Under the pieces are notes generated by a model, which saw nothing but the letters and a program-made list of their open reading frames with translations, was not told the DNA's origin and searched no databases. The translations under genes and the position numbers were made by a program. Below, piece after piece: positions 10,765 through 28,700 of a stretch of 64,000 bases of DNA. Position 1 is the first letter of the stretch; every line of letters starts with the position of its first letter. The stretch comes from Trichinella spiralis (lineage: Eukaryota), in contig NW_003526943.1 in assembly GCF_000181795.1 (NCBI RefSeq), positions 9,470,849 through 9,534,848 on the forward strand, in the 5' to 3' direction.

Positions 10765-13700
10765 ATGGCTAAGCGAAGGTTAGCACGTAGCTTGAGTAAA
10801 AATTTGCTGGTAAGTTCTCTGTATGTTGGCTTTTTATTAAGCGATTTTTGTTTAAGTAATTAGTTTGTGAAGTGTTGCCAGTAATTGTTTTGTTGTAATT
10901 GTATTTATATGAATGAAATGCTAATTCTTAAGTTTTGAAAGTATTAGAACGCTTTTTTTAATGAAAAGTATTGTTTGCTTTTGTTCATATAGTTATGATT
11001 TTTATGAGTTTGTTTTAGTTGTTTCAAAATCCATCTTTGCATTCTCAGTTGTTGAGTTTTCAAGACCTTGTATCGAAAAGATTCAAAATGTTGGAGGCTG
11101 TTGAGCGTGTGTTGGATAAACAAGCACTGTAAAATTTATTTTTGACACAATTTGAATTTTCCATTTATCGTTTTTTGTCTCTTGGTTAGTGATGAGGAAG
11201 TTATTAAGAATCTTGGAAAGCGGTTCCCTGAAATTTCCGGCTATCTTACTGAAGTATGTGTTTCGAAGTACTTTTTGTTTTTGTGTCTAATTTTGATTTG
11301 GGAATATTGATTTAAATGTAGTTGTCTCACTTAATTCGGCGAATATTTATGGAGTTAAAAAATTTTGCGTCAGATTTTATAAAAATTTTTACCTGATTGA
11401 TGAATTTTTATAGTTTTTGGAAGGGGAGAAAAAAGAGAATAATGTGTCGACTTCTTTGCCGAAAGAACAAGAAAATCTGAGGGAAAATGTGGAAAGGGAA
11501 TACGAAAAGGTAAATTTTTTGTTGCATTTTATTTTTACGTTATGATAGCTTTTAGTAAGCTTTTTTTACTTTTTGGAGTTATTTTAGTTTTTACATTTCA
11601 GGTTGAAAGTATAAATCCAGACGAGGAGATTCCCACTTTAGTTGTTGAACAAAAACTTCAAGAATTTTCTGAGGAAAACTCAACTCAGCATAAAAAATTC
11701 TTTGAGCAGAAAATGATGGATGTGCGGTGACCTTGCACTTATTTATATGTAATGATTTTATTTGGTATTTTTTTAGGTTATTTTGAATTTACAGGAAGCA
11801 GTGGAAGTATGCACGACAACTATTGCTTTATTTATATTTGTACTTATGCATAATATTTTTTACTTAATGAGAAGTATTTTAGAAGCTTAATAATAGTTTA
11901 CTGAAAAATGAAGAAACAAAGGTATATTTTGAAAATTACTTGTTTTGTTGTAAATTTATTTTTGGTACTTTGATTCAGCCATGTGCTGTTGTGCATGCAT
12001 CTACTAACACGGATGATGTTGAACTTCATGAAGAAAGAACAAAGATGATGACTCTTTACGCAGATTTGTTCAATGTCGTCCAAAGAATGGTATGTTTGCA
12101 TTTAGTAAATTTATCGTCTAGTCAGATGCATTTATACAGATTTACATATATACATTAATGAAAATGCGTTGTAGCATTGTAAAATTAATAGGTCTATTTT
12201 TCATTTTTTGAATTATCATTCTTAAGAGCTAAGATGTATATGCAATTTTTTGTTTAGGGCGATGATTTGAAATGGCTACATGAAAAACAGACTGTGCTAC
12301 ATGAACAGGTTAGCAATTAGTTTTTAAATTCGATAATTTTATTTACAATAATTTCGCGTTATTGAAGTTTACAAGCTTGAATGACTGTATGAAAGCAGTT
12401 GAAGATTTGGTAAATACTGTTAAGAATCCCATTGTCGAACCAGTTGAGGTAACAGAGTAGTTTTATGTTTTCTTGTAACTTTTGTTGGTTAATGAAGTTT
12501 TTGAATGCTATGTTAGTTTTTTAACATTTAGGTGGTAAACAGAGATGAATTACGTGATCAACGTGAAGCTGAAATGTTGGAATTATTATCCCTTAAGGTA
12601 TTGCTATTTTAGCAGTTAAATTATAAATTTACAATTGTTTGCATTTTCTTTTATTTTACATGTTTTCATTGAAATTAAGAGCAGTTTATCACAATATTAA
12701 GGTGAAATTATTTTATCAGAAGAAATTTTTAATATTATTATTTACTTTGTAGAATATGTTAATTTGTTGTTAATTGAAATTGATCTGTTTTGTATATTTT
12801 CAGCTTGAAGTCAGTGAAAATAGTAAGGTAAGGTTTAATTTTTTTTACAGCAGTGTGTTGTTAAAAAGTATGATTTTTAGCAATTGAAAGATATTTTCAG
12901 TCGGTTGGAAGATGTGAAACATATCATTTCATCAAAAACAGAATTAATGCATAACCAACTCACTTCATTGGTTTGTTTATTTATATTTTAAAATTGTCTT
13001 TTTGTTTTTTTTCATGTAATTATACATGTTTTGATGAAAATTTTTGTAATATCTGTGTTAATGATGGCAGGTGGAAGAAACGATGGAGTTGAAGCGATGT
13101 CGTAAGCAGGAAATTGTTCAATCAGCTAAGGTATAATGCATTTATAAAAACGTTATGCATATAAATTGTATTTTTAAGTGAAATAAGGTGCTTGAAATTT
13201 TGCAACTTCTTATTGAGTCTAATAATGAATTATTATGATAATAAAATCCAAGAACAGTTTTTATCATTATTTTTATTTAGGAATTAAAGTTCAATGAAAT
13301 TCAAGCTGAATTGCAGACATTGAAAATTGAATTGTTGGAAAAAGTAAGTTTTCATTTAACTAGAAAATACATTCATTTCCATGCATAAATAATAAATTTT
13401 TTGCATATTTAGCAAAACAATTTCGATTCATGCAAAAGACAATTTTCTGCAGATATTAAAATGTTGCAAAAAGTAATGTTGGTCACTGGTGTTGAGTCGA
13501 TAATAGAACTTTCATGTTCAAACTTATTATTGCCAAATTTATGATAATTTGATTTACTTTACTTTAGATGCGTTGATTGTTTTTAGAATTTTTTCTTTTT
13601 TTATTGTAGATACAAATGGAAAAGGATGAAAAATTGCTTGAATTAGAAAAAATGAAAGAGGTAAAACAATTGAATGATAAATTAATCAAAAGTTATGAAA

Positions 13701-15726
13701 AATTATTAATGTTGTTAAGCAATTGCATAACTCTGACGAGGAGCGGAAGCGTATGCAAAATGAATTGTCAGAAAAAGCAGCCATGATAAAGGACTTGGAA
13801 GCGAAAATTAAGGAGAAAGTCTGTAGCATAAAGTGAAATTTTGTTATTGAAGAACAGTCATGACCATTTTTAGGATGAATGCATTACGAAATTACAAGCT
13901 TCAGAATTGACTACAACCGCCAAGCAGGTAACTTTGTTTAATGCGATCTTTGCTCGCTTTTAATACAAATACTGAATTAATATTTTGTTACAAATTTTAA
14001 ATCCAGATTAATTTCTTTTTTTTTCCAGCAAGAAGCTTTGATTTGAAAATATTTTATAATTTATTATTATTGTTAGTGTTGAATTGTGCATTATGGATAT
14101 TTTTGTTAAAGATAAATGTAAAAACACTTTTATTTCAAATAGCGAGGAGAAAATATGTTGAAATCAAAGACCCCGAAAGTACTGATCAATAAAAAAGCAC
14201 CCGTTAATCCTGGAAACGTAAAAGTAAGTGCATTTTTATTTGTATTTTATGGCAGTGATGAAATTTGGATTTAGACCGCGAAAGACTTAGGCACTGAAAG
14301 ATTGAATCAAGCGTTGAAACGTCATCAGGAAGTTATAAACGCAAAAATATCAGCAAAGTATGCATATTTGTAATTTATACATTTAAATTAAGCTTGTTGC
14401 AATTAATTTCTTGTATGGATTTTATTTTTATTGTAATCCAATATTACTTTAAATTATTGATAAATCTTTTTCTTTCAGAGGTGATGCTTATATTCCGGCA
14501 GCGAAGAAGCCTTCTTTGTTCCAACCGAAATTTCAAAGCAAGAAATCTCAGGCATACACTTTTTTTGTCTTTTTAGATCATCTTGATACATATAAAATTC
14601 AGATTTACAATAAATTATAATAAACTGTTTAGTATTTAAAATGGAGCACATTTATATTTTGATTGTTTATCAGGTTTATGAAATTTTTAGTTACATAAAA
14701 AATGGCAATTTTTGTCATACTGAAATTATATTTTAGACTCCAATGAAAACGCCATCACTGTTTACTCCAGCAAAAAAACCGTCACTTTTTGAAAAGCGAA
14801 AAGCTGAAAAAGAAGTATGATTTTTTTCTTCAGAATTTAAAACATTTTTGTTAAGCATTATTTAATGACAGTTATTTTATAACAGTTGTTGATGCATTAA
14901 ATGTTGATTTGCTACAGTCAAACACTTTCGAACAATTTCATATTGTACTTCAATTTGTTGGTTTATTAGAGTAATGTAATGATATGAGTTTAGGCTAATT
15001 CGGAAGGAATTTCTGAATCTTTGATAAAATCTCCCAGATCTTTCTTGCAAGTTCCGGGCACTTCTGGTGTGAAATTTCCGAAACCTTCACCATTAAGTGT
15101 AAACAAAACCCCTGTAGCAAGTCCAGCGGTATGTTCATAATTTAATTTGATTGAAATATTTTGAAATTAAAAATTGTATGCTATTTAATATGTGTTATGT
15201 TCAAAATTGAAATTTTATTTTTGAGTTGTTTGAATATTTGAGTAATGGGAAATTTCAGTGTCGACTGGATAAGTTGGCGTCTACTTATTCACAGCACAGT
15301 TTGAATGAACCGTTTGGAGCGGATGAAACTAGCACTTTACAGTTAACTGAGCATTCAATGAAGTAAATATAATTGAGTAGAAATTTTTATGTTTTTATGT
15401 TTGGCATTTATGTTGTTTTTTTATTTTATTTTATTTTAAAGCTACGAAATGACAGTTTACGACTCTGATGACAATCCTGTGGATGGTGAAGAACAGACGA
15501 AAAAAGTTCCCACTTGGGCAAACGGTAAGATTTGATAATGTGTAATGATAGTAATAAAAGAAGAAAAATTATAATAATTTCAATTATTATAGTTTATAAT
15601 ATATATTTTTGTGTTGTAGAATCGAATGTTCAGGTTATCGTTGAGAGACAAGGAAATGATCTGTTCCCTGAAGAAGATTTCAGTAAAAATGTTGATTTGA
15701 AAGAAATGTTAGGGAAAGATATTTAA
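10765..15726 (+). CDS. INCENP-like coiled-coil protein with C-terminal IN-box-like domain, more than 25 short exons
   Basis: In-frame exon chain from MAKRRLARSLSKNLL|LFQNPSLHSQLLSFQDLVSKRFKMLEAV through E/K-rich coiled-coil exons and a TP/SP-rich region to NYEMTVYDSDDNPVDGEEQTKKVPTWANESNVQVIVERQGNDLFPEEDFSKNVDLKEMLGKDI*. This end resembles the Aurora B-binding IN-box (acidic patch, KxxPxWA, LxEIF). Some internal exon boundaries are uncertain. Confidence 0.7.
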
Positions 15727-16388
15727 TGCATGCAATTATAAAAGGCGATATTTATGTCAGCTTGAAGTAGAAATAATACAATGGCATTTAATTTTATTAT
15801 TATTATTTATTGTCGTGATAGTGATATGGTATGAACTTGATGTGGAATAAAACATCTTGGGAATAAAAGTTTATTTGTCTTTTGAGTTGAAATTGATCAC
15901 TGCAAAGAAATAGGTAGGAAATGTTGAAAGTGGAAGTTAAATATTGTATATAATTGAATAGAAAAAAATTTTTTTTCTGTTCTTAGTAGAAATTTCAGTT
16001 GATATATTTGATTATTTTCAGTGAAAAGGAATTAACAACTTCTTCTTTTTATAAAATACAATGATGTATTATGGGCAATTTTCTGGAGACTAAATGAGAA
16101 TTATTGTTTAAGAAAAGAGAAAATTTTAAAGAAGAGTAACTTTAAACAATAAAGCATTTAATATAAGCAAATTTTAAAATCGTCTGAAGCGTGGAAAAAT
16201 TTATTTTCAAAGTTGAATTGCTGCAGGGACGTGGTTTCATTTTTGTAAGTATGATTACTGGATGTTGTTGTTATTTACATTTTAATTTTTTGAAATTTTA
16301 AATTTTATCACAACTAATTAATTAATTGGATAAAATTTTTATTAATGAACAAAGCTACAGTTGAAAGTATTGCAGGTTAAATTGTGGA

Positions 16389-17480
16389 ATGCATCCATCG
16401 TCTTCTCCACCATCAACTCCACCGACAACGCCGACTCCTCCTTCTGACGGGAAGAGTACAAAGGCAAGCCCATTATTAAATATGGTAAAGACCGGTGTAT
16501 CAGCAGTGCGGAAGCAGATCGAAAAATCTAGTAACAAGAGATTACAATAATATGTGAATATGAATAGAATTGTTCAGTGTTGTACAATTTCAGCTGCTCT
16601 AGTTGATAAGAAAATTCAAGTTGAGGTAATGACGCAGGATATAATGGTTTATTTACGATCTTTTGCTTCGCTGGAATCGGAAACTGAGGCTGCTGTGAAA
16701 AAACTGGCCAAAGAGGAAGAACGGCAACGGAAGAAAGCAGAATTTGAAGCAAAGAAAAAGGAGATGCTTCAGAAAGCGATCATTCATCACCGAATAATCG
16801 TGGCTGAGCCGATTCAGGTGATAATTTTGAAAACCAAACAACCGTGACGAATACACAATTTATTTAAAAATTTTTAATTATATACATGTATATGTATTTT
16901 CTTTTAAGGAGAACTCGACAGATTCAAGTGCAGCTGTTACTCCATCATCGCAGCATGTTAAATTGCCGGCGAGTTTTAATGAGCTTATTGCTACAAGCTC
17001 TTTCGCCACTGCTGCTGCTAGTAATGGTGTCTCCCCTTCTTTTGACCTTTCGATGATCCCCATGGATAAATTACTCGCTATACTTATGGATATGGTAAAT
17101 TTTAATATTTTGCTTGCTGTCATTTTCGTACTGTATTATATCTTTATGTTCTTCCACACACAGAGAAAAGAAGTAGCGAAAATTGAACATGATGCAGTGA
17201 AGCTTTCCAATTATTTGGACAAAAATAATCTCTGGGATAAAGTGTCGTCAGAGAATGCATTTTACAATTGGGTAGTTATTCAGGTATTATAATTTTTTCT
17301 TCTTTTTCTTTGTTCATAAATATTGCATGTTCCATGTTTTTTATTTGTATTATTTTTCATTTTCAGAAGAATTTGGAAAGTGCTGCAACTTCACCACCCG
17401 CAAAGAAAAGCAAGATGCAAGTGAAATTTGAAAATACTGTTGTTGGTCAGCAGTATTCTGGCAATGATTCTGAAAAATAA
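16389..17480 (+). CDS. Hypothetical protein, 257 aa, 5 exons (16389-16530, 16594-16817, 16909-17094, 17164-17271, 17367-17480)
   Basis: All four GT-AG introns preserve the frame. The protein has a Pro/Ser/Thr N-terminus, a charged helix (KKLAKEEERQRKKAEFEAKKKE) and an NLS-like PPAKKSK. No family recognised. Confidence 0.7.
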
Positions 17481-17829
17481 TTTTGTTGATTATGTTTCAT
17501 TTATTTATTTATTTATCATGTATATATATATATATAAATATAATTTATTCATTTGATATAATTTACATATGTATCAAAAACGTTTTGTAAATAATCGATG
17601 ATGAAAATAAAATTTATAATTTTTCTGTTTGAATAGTTGGAAGAAAAATTTTAAAAACTGCAATCAATGTTGACTAATTTGAAGATATTTCTAAATGAAT
17701 ATTTATTTATTTATAATTTTACAATAATACACTTAAGTGTGCTCACGCTCAAATACATTTGTCAATTGGAAATAATTCACCGTGCAATGATCAAATTAAT
17801 AAAAGAATATCAAGCGGGTTGTAAAATTT

Positions 17830-17902
17830 TGCCACGAGCCGGGATCGAACCAGCGACCTTTAGATCTTCAGTCTAACGCTCTCCCTGCTGAGCTATCGCG
17901 GC
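17830..17902 (-). tRNA. tRNA-Phe (GAA)
   Basis: Reverse complement GCCGCGATAGCTCAGCAGGGAGAGCGTTAGACTGAAGATCTAAAGGTCGCTGGTTCGATCCCGGCTCGTGGCA forms a cloverleaf with anticodon GAA and a GTTCGA T-loop. Confidence 0.97.
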
Positions 17903-19637
17903 GAACGTTTTTTCTCAAATTTTGCTATAAGTGCAAAGCACAAGCTGCATTAATAATATTATTTACTTAAATTGTGTAAATTTTTTGTTCAATTTAAAAA
18001 TTTGTCTGTAAAAACATACTTATCAACAGTTGAAGGGGAAATATAAAATTTCATTTAATACAGCATGTTTCAAATTTGAAATTTGTATTTCTCGATTTTG
18101 TTATGCATTCAACAATAAACAAGTAACACGCTTTTACGCTTTTGCAAGACAAAAAGAAAAGAAGCTGAAAAAAAACGATCAATGCCAATTAATTTTTTGA
18201 ATATTCTCTTTGCTTGGACAACAAGTTTTTTGCCGTGTGAATTATAAAAAAAAGGACAAGGTTTTAATTCGATGAAAGAAAAAATTACAGAAGAATTGTA
18301 ATTGATAATAGAAAATTATGCATCAATTTCGAGCGACATGAAACGATAAAACATTTAATGAACAGGTTTAGCGACGATGTCGTTTGATTTTGAACAACTG
18401 CAATTTGCCTACATTGGTGAAATTGTGAAAACGATAATTTCTATATCCAGACTGTCGTTGTCCCACTGGCCAACTTCAAAATTCAACTATACAACTACTA
18501 TCAAGGCACTTTTGCAAGAGTAGAAGAAGGGGAAGAAGCAGAAGCGGAACTAATATTGGAACAGAGCAGCAAACAACGCCCCAATCTACTGATAATTATC
18601 AATACAAATAGCACCGCCCACGCTTGATTATTTAATCAACACCAATATCAAACACACCTCTATTACAAATGACAACATTCTCACGAAATACGGTACGAAT
18701 ATTTTCAATTTGTTCAGCTTTATATATTCTCTTTTTTTTATAATTTCATTTTATAAATGGACAAAAATAAATATTTTTTTTATTCAATTAAATGAAAACT
18801 TTATTACGTCATTTCATCTCTTCTCATTATTCACCATATATATATATATATATATGGATATATAGATTCTTTTGTTTTCTATTTTAATCTTTAAACAGGT
18901 CTTCCATCTCTTTTTCGTAAATGAATTGAAATTTCAAAAAAATTTACAAGAAAAATTTTGTAATATTAATAATAATAATTATTATTATTATGAAGCATAC
19001 GCGCATTTATTGACTGACATTTTTAAACTTATAAATATGCACGCCTTTTTTTAATATTAAACACTTGTGTTAAATTGTTGTTTTCAACTGCATTTTCTAT
19101 TACTTAGCTGTTTGCATGATTTCTTTTTCTAATACACAACATTGAATGTGTATTTCAATTAATTAAAATGAATCACACACTAGTTTTTTTTTGTGTCAAC
19201 TGAACATTTTACGTCAAATTACATGCGTGAAATATTTGTTTTTTTTTCTACATTTTTGTTATTTCTCTCCTCTTCGAATTGAACATGTTGAATGTAAGAG
19301 TAAAATTCTTTATAATTTCAACAATCTGAATTGTCATTTTTTATTTTAATTCTGTTTTTAATTTTTTTAAATATGTATTATACTGTGATTCATAACAGTG
19401 TTAGTTTTTTTAATGAAAAACTGTAAACTGATACAACTTGTTAATATTTACTTTCATTATTGTATTCACAACTTGAAGCAAAATTAATATTATTTGTTAT
19501 CTAGCAATTTTTATATTAGTTGTGTTTAATTAAACTTGATTGTCAATTTTGTATGAACCGTAGACGTCAGTCAGCGCTGGCAAACATCACTGGTGTTGCG
19601 TTCAGCGTTAGTTGTGACTTGCGATTTAATTGCATTC

Positions 19638-23406
<3,769 letters not shown>

Positions 23407-24527
23407 TTCTCTTCACTGCACTAATCCTGGTAGGTTTTCCATCTTCTTTTTCAGAGTTTAAAACTTTTAGCCTGAATTCTATAAACCGTTCTGTAAATTT
23501 TCTTACTGTTCTAATTAATAAATGTAAGTGATCTCTGAAATTCCTCGACTCACTGTCATGAGAGATATCCAATTAGCATTTACAATTAATTTTTTGATGT
23601 GCCATCTGTTTGCTCGGTTTCACTTTCATTTTCGACGTTAAATTCATTTTTTGCTCGTTCACTCTTGTAAATTTGCACGAAAATGTATATATCTGTTTTT
23701 TATTATTTTTTTATTTGAACACTTTCGTTTTTCTATCAGTTTTACTTTTCTGTGAGGCAAACTTGCATCGCCATTGAAGAAAATTGTAATAAAGTAGAAA
23801 ACATTGCCATGGCCGACATTGGCAAGCAAATAAGCACGCATACATAATGCATACAAACACCCACACACACACACACAAGTTGCTTTCAGTTGTACTGATA
23901 ATTTTTGTCTGTATGTTTGTTTGATGACTACGTTTCATGCAAACTTATTTTCTGTCGATGAATTTTAGGAACGAATGATACAGTTGCACCGACAAAGTAT
24001 TCGCACCGTTGTGATTTAAATTAAAAAAAAACAATTTTCTTACAACTCAATCGTCTGCACTTCACAATGATTTATCGATCTGTTTTGTATAGCAGGTTTG
24101 TCAGCATGCATGGCTAACCAACCGGTTTAACAAAAAATTCTTAAACTGAATTTTCATATCTGTGTGCCTTTGTGCAATTATGCATCATCGTAATAATTTA
24201 GAAATTAAGATTTTTGATTATATTATCCGAAAGTGCATTCATTCATTCATTCATTGGAATGAAAAGAGAAAGACTGCGGTGAAATTGGAATTTAATTTTT
24301 CAAATTTTATCCACACACATTTTATACTTGTTAACGTGATATATTACTGTTGATCTATATATCTATATATATATATATATGTTCAGAAGTAAACCAGTAC
24401 GGTAATTTAATTGTCACGTTTTATCGTTTTTTCTTTTTCCAACTGTGCATATTTTATTTACTGCTGTATTAAGAATAGTTTTTTTTTGTTTTATCTATTT
24501 TGAGAATAATAATTTTTCAATGAAAAG

Positions 24528-25021
24528 TTAAATAAATTTCCATTTGTGTGTAACTGGTGGAAAAGCGAACAAATCCGGGTGGCCGAAATGCGAAATTTTG
24601 TTCTGCCATTCGGTTTTTGACCACTGGAATGGTGATTGCGTATCGTATGTGGGACCACTGATGGCGACAAATTGTAGCCGGAGAGCCATTTCGACGTTGG
24701 TTGCCTGTTGAAAAAAAGGGGCAAAAAATACTGCTCTTGTTTTATTTGGGGGAATTTCAAATTTCACTTACTTTCACATCCGTGCCTCCGTGACTTCGAA
24801 AACCAAGCGCTTTGAATGGGTAGATTCCATTTTTATCGTTCAGATCGTTGCGTGCAGAAATGGCATTTTCCGCACTGTACGGAGGTGTGCAGTTGCAAGC
24901 CGACAGCGGATCTTTTTTGAAATCGTTGTAACTGAACAAATGGGAAAACGGCGAAGCGTGCTAAAAATTTTTGGAAAAAGCATCTCAAACGGTCTTTTAC
25001 CGCATTAGTCGAAGCAGAGAT
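24528..25021 (-). CDS. Phospholipase B-like (PLBD2 family), last three exons; the 5' part is lost in the gap
   Basis: SLLRLMR|YNDFKKDPLSACNCTPPYSAENAISARNDLN..GIYPFKALGFRSHGGTDVK|ATN..FVAISGPTYDTQSPFQWS..SHFGHPDLFAF is the typical PLBD C-terminus. Confidence 0.9.
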
Positions 25022-25031
25022 NNNNNNNNNN
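25022..25031. other. Assembly gap (10 N), followed by low-quality homopolymer-rich sequence to ~25520
   Basis: Run of N. The sequence downstream is dominated by long A/T/G/C runs. Confidence 0.95.
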
Positions 25032-25722
25032 GCGGAGAGAAAAAATATATAATCTCTCTCTCACATAAAAAAAACCCCTCTCTCTGTGTGATATATCGAG
25101 AGAGGGGCCTTTTTTTTTTTTTTATTAAACACAAAGGAGAGGCCACCACAGATATCTATCTTCCTCTCCGGGCCGTAGTTTCCAAAAAGAGGGAGAAAAC
25201 ACGCGTTTTTTTTCCAAATAAAAAAAAAAAACACACACAACCCCTTTATCGACACATGTAATACCCCCAATATTGGGGGTTAACCACTCCACCACAAAGT
25301 GTCCAATGTGTGTAAAAAAAGAGAAATTTTTTTCTAAGGGCAACTCTCACCTTTTGGTGGAGAGACACAAATTTTTTTTTCTCATGGGTTTTTCCCATTT
25401 TTTTTTTCGGGGGGGGCCCCATTTCTCTCCCCCCCTTTAAAGTGGAATAAAAATCCCACATGGTTATCCCTTTTTTTAAAAAAATCCATTCGAATAAAAA
25501 ATATATTTTTCAATAAGAGTCCCCATTTTAATTTATTAAATTAGTATATGGATGATTTTCGAAATTAATTTTTAAAGTTGATTAGTTAGTGCTGTTTAGT
25601 TTTAATTTTCAAAATTGCAGGTAATCGCAAGATATTCAATTGAAAGAGAAATAAAAGTTCTATTAAGTAAATGATTAGTCATATTTTACTTTTCAAATTT
25701 TAGAAAATGAGAAACAACGTAC

Positions 25723-28700
25723 ATCAGAAATTGCTCGTCTATTTTTCGAAGGGAAATTTGCCGCCATGCATGAAGCCGCCGCTTGTCTATTAAGATGATC
25801 AATTGAGCTTTTATCTGACCTGGCTGGGATCGATTTTGTTGCGTCGACTCGAGCTGATCAAGAACCTCGCAACGCTAAAAATTGCAACTTTACAAAATAG
25901 AGAAGCAACGGCTGACAAGTGCAATTAAATAAATTTGGCACACTGCCACTTGTGAAAAAGGATATCCGCAATTCAAAGCGGGACAACACGGCTCGACTGC
26001 CCAAAATAGAATAAAATTAATTCATCATGTTTTTTTTATTATTTTTTTAAAATAATACAACGAGAATCCTGAAATTGTAAAAGCAAAATGATGCATGTGA
26101 ATCAGATCAAGTTTAACAGTCCAATTTTATTGCTTGTTCTGGCACGTTTCAGTTTTTTCTAGTTTTATTACACAAAAATATATAATAAAAATTTTGTAAA
26201 ATTCATCCCTGCTACTACAACTGATAAAATCGGAACAGATAAAATTTCCATTGTACGTTTTGTTCATCAATGCAAAAATTGTTTAAGAAAATTCAAAGCA
26301 TAATTTACGATATCCTCTAATAATTAATGAACTAAAAAAATCCAAGTATCCAATGAAATTTTTATATCACTATTTTATAATTATTATAAGTTGCGTAAAA
26401 GAGATGTTATCTATTATACAGTTTTGTGTTTGATTTATTGATGTGATGAATGTGCCAGACAGATAGATTACTAAACATCCCATCGGCTATTCTGATAAAT
26501 AGCTACTTTCTCATTTTCCAAGATCTCATTCATCATTGAACATTTCACAACAAAAAAGCAAATACTATTTAGCATTGCATAAAAATAAACCACACATTGA
26601 ACTGAACTGAACTGAATAATACGTCCATTTGCATTTCAGTTAGATAGCCGACGATATCTGGTGAAGTGTGTTGTAAAAACACTGAGTAGGTTGGAAACAA
26701 AAAGTCAGATTTTCACTGGGAAATTGCACTCATCGCGTAAAGTATGTTGCAGAACATTTGCATGGTATTTCACCAAAATAACATCCCACTTAAAATGTAA
26801 TTGAGTATGTTTTTTGTGCGACATTAAAAAATATCAATTAGCAATCAAACCACCTCAGCTCACTTGATCAAGTCTTATACATGGTCAACAGGGAATCACA
26901 TTTGTTACATTAAAGAAACTTTACTATTATCTGAAAATAGCCGATCAATAAAATATAGCTACAATCTATTCAATTCCATCCATTTATAATGCAAATAAAG
27001 TGCAAAATTTTAGTGCAAATTCAGTTTAAAAAATATGCTAAAATTTCAGAATCAACGCAATTGCAAAAATTATCTACGCAAATTCACTTTCAAAATATAC
27101 AAAAAAAACAAAGCACACACTTTTTATACAGAATTTTGAATAACAAAGTAAATATGGTATAGTAAGTTTGAATAATTTGGAAAATTTAAATTGACAATGG
27201 TTATATCAAGTAAAATTAAATTTTCCGAATTATAATCCATTTTTTTCAAAATAAATTACTGAAATATGCTCTAACAAACGTTGGGTTAAGTTACATTCCA
27301 CATTTCAACTACTGAAATGAAAGCAGAGATGAAAGATAACAATGGCTTCTGTTTCAGAAGCAATTTTCTTTTGTTATTTCAAACTGCACTTAATGATAGG
27401 GTTGATTTAAGTAAATAATAATATTAATTTTACTTCAGATCAAATAATCTCAATTGAAATGCGTCTGTTTAATGCACAAATTTCACACTGAAGAAAAAGA
27501 TTCCTTCCTCTATACAAGCAAAAATTGGATGGAAACAATTTAACACAACCAACAATTTCCCCAATAACGTTTGCTTTGTTCTACAATTAATGGGTATTTT
27601 CCTCCAAAATGCAATCAATAATTATTGATAATTATTCAACAAAACGCTTCAATTTTTTCACTGTTTTACAGATATGTTAATAGAACTATCAGTTAATTGA
27701 ATTAAAACAATACTTTTTAATACTATCATACTTATAAATTATTAAAAAAAAACTTTCTTTTTTTCTGATGAAAGAGGCTGCTTTACGCACAAAATTAATG
27801 CCAATTAATTTTTATCAAAGAAATGCACTATTAAATCAGTAAATTATTCAACATTCTTCCTCAAATATCATTGTTAATATAATATTTTATACTAATGTAA
27901 AATTTATATTTGCAATTTTTTAAATTTAAACACTAAGATTTTGCATTTATTTATTTGGAAGTTGCCTTCCTTTCATAATTTAGATGTTTGTGTAAACAGA
28001 TGCTGTTTTCAAATAATCTAAAATATGATGCAAAGACTTGCAAAGACTAACAGTAATTCAATTCGTTGACTAATGACTAATAATATTTCAATGTATTTCA
28101 GTAAATTTTTTATGAGAAAGATTCAACATGAACATTGAATATTAATAATATTAATTAAATATTAAAGTTGATCAAATTAATGAAAATAAAACCGCTGGAT
28201 CTTAAATTAATCATCAAATCGCCTTTATTACTGTAGCTGATTAATCAAATAATGGAGAAACCGTTTCATCATATAAGAGAAAATAAGCTAAAAGTTGCAT
28301 TTAAAACATCAAAGTATCGAGTAGGTAAATTATTCTGAAAAATTATTTTGCTATTGCTTATAATACCTAAAACAAATTGCAAATAATTAATCATAATTAC
28401 AACTCTTACTAATTGCAGAATTATAATGAACATTTTTTAATTACAATTACCTAAACAAGTATATTTTTCAGATGATGCAAATGAGCAAACGTTTTTCAAA
28501 CTGCTGAATCACTAATATGCTATGAAATTTCATCTGTGCACCAGTTTTGCAACATTTTTATTGTTTATGTAATGAGCACAAGGATATAATTTTAAATGTT
28601 AGAGAAAGCACAAAATAGAACGCAAAAAATTTCTCATTTTCAATGAAAAATTAAATTTAGATTTTTGAACGGCTTGCATTATCAACAACATCAAAAAACC

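Noticed and set aside
15727..15800. Frameshifted continuation (IFNACNYKRR) that might restore the INCENP tail
   Set aside because: No SS-A-x-W motif follows, so a simple indel would not rebuild a canonical IN-box end.
17667..17876. 69-aa ORF ending RAGIEPATFRSSV
   Set aside because: Antisense shadow of tRNA-Phe plus AT-rich intergenic DNA.
18378..18692. Possible upstream coding exon or small gene before choline kinase
   Set aside because: The donor near 18692 can join the acceptor at 19563, but no in-frame ATG precedes it. It is more likely a 5' UTR exon.
25032..25520. Several short ORFs and odd base composition right after the N-gap
   Set aside because: Homopolymer-rich sequence typical of a low-quality read end, so the ORFs are probably artefacts.
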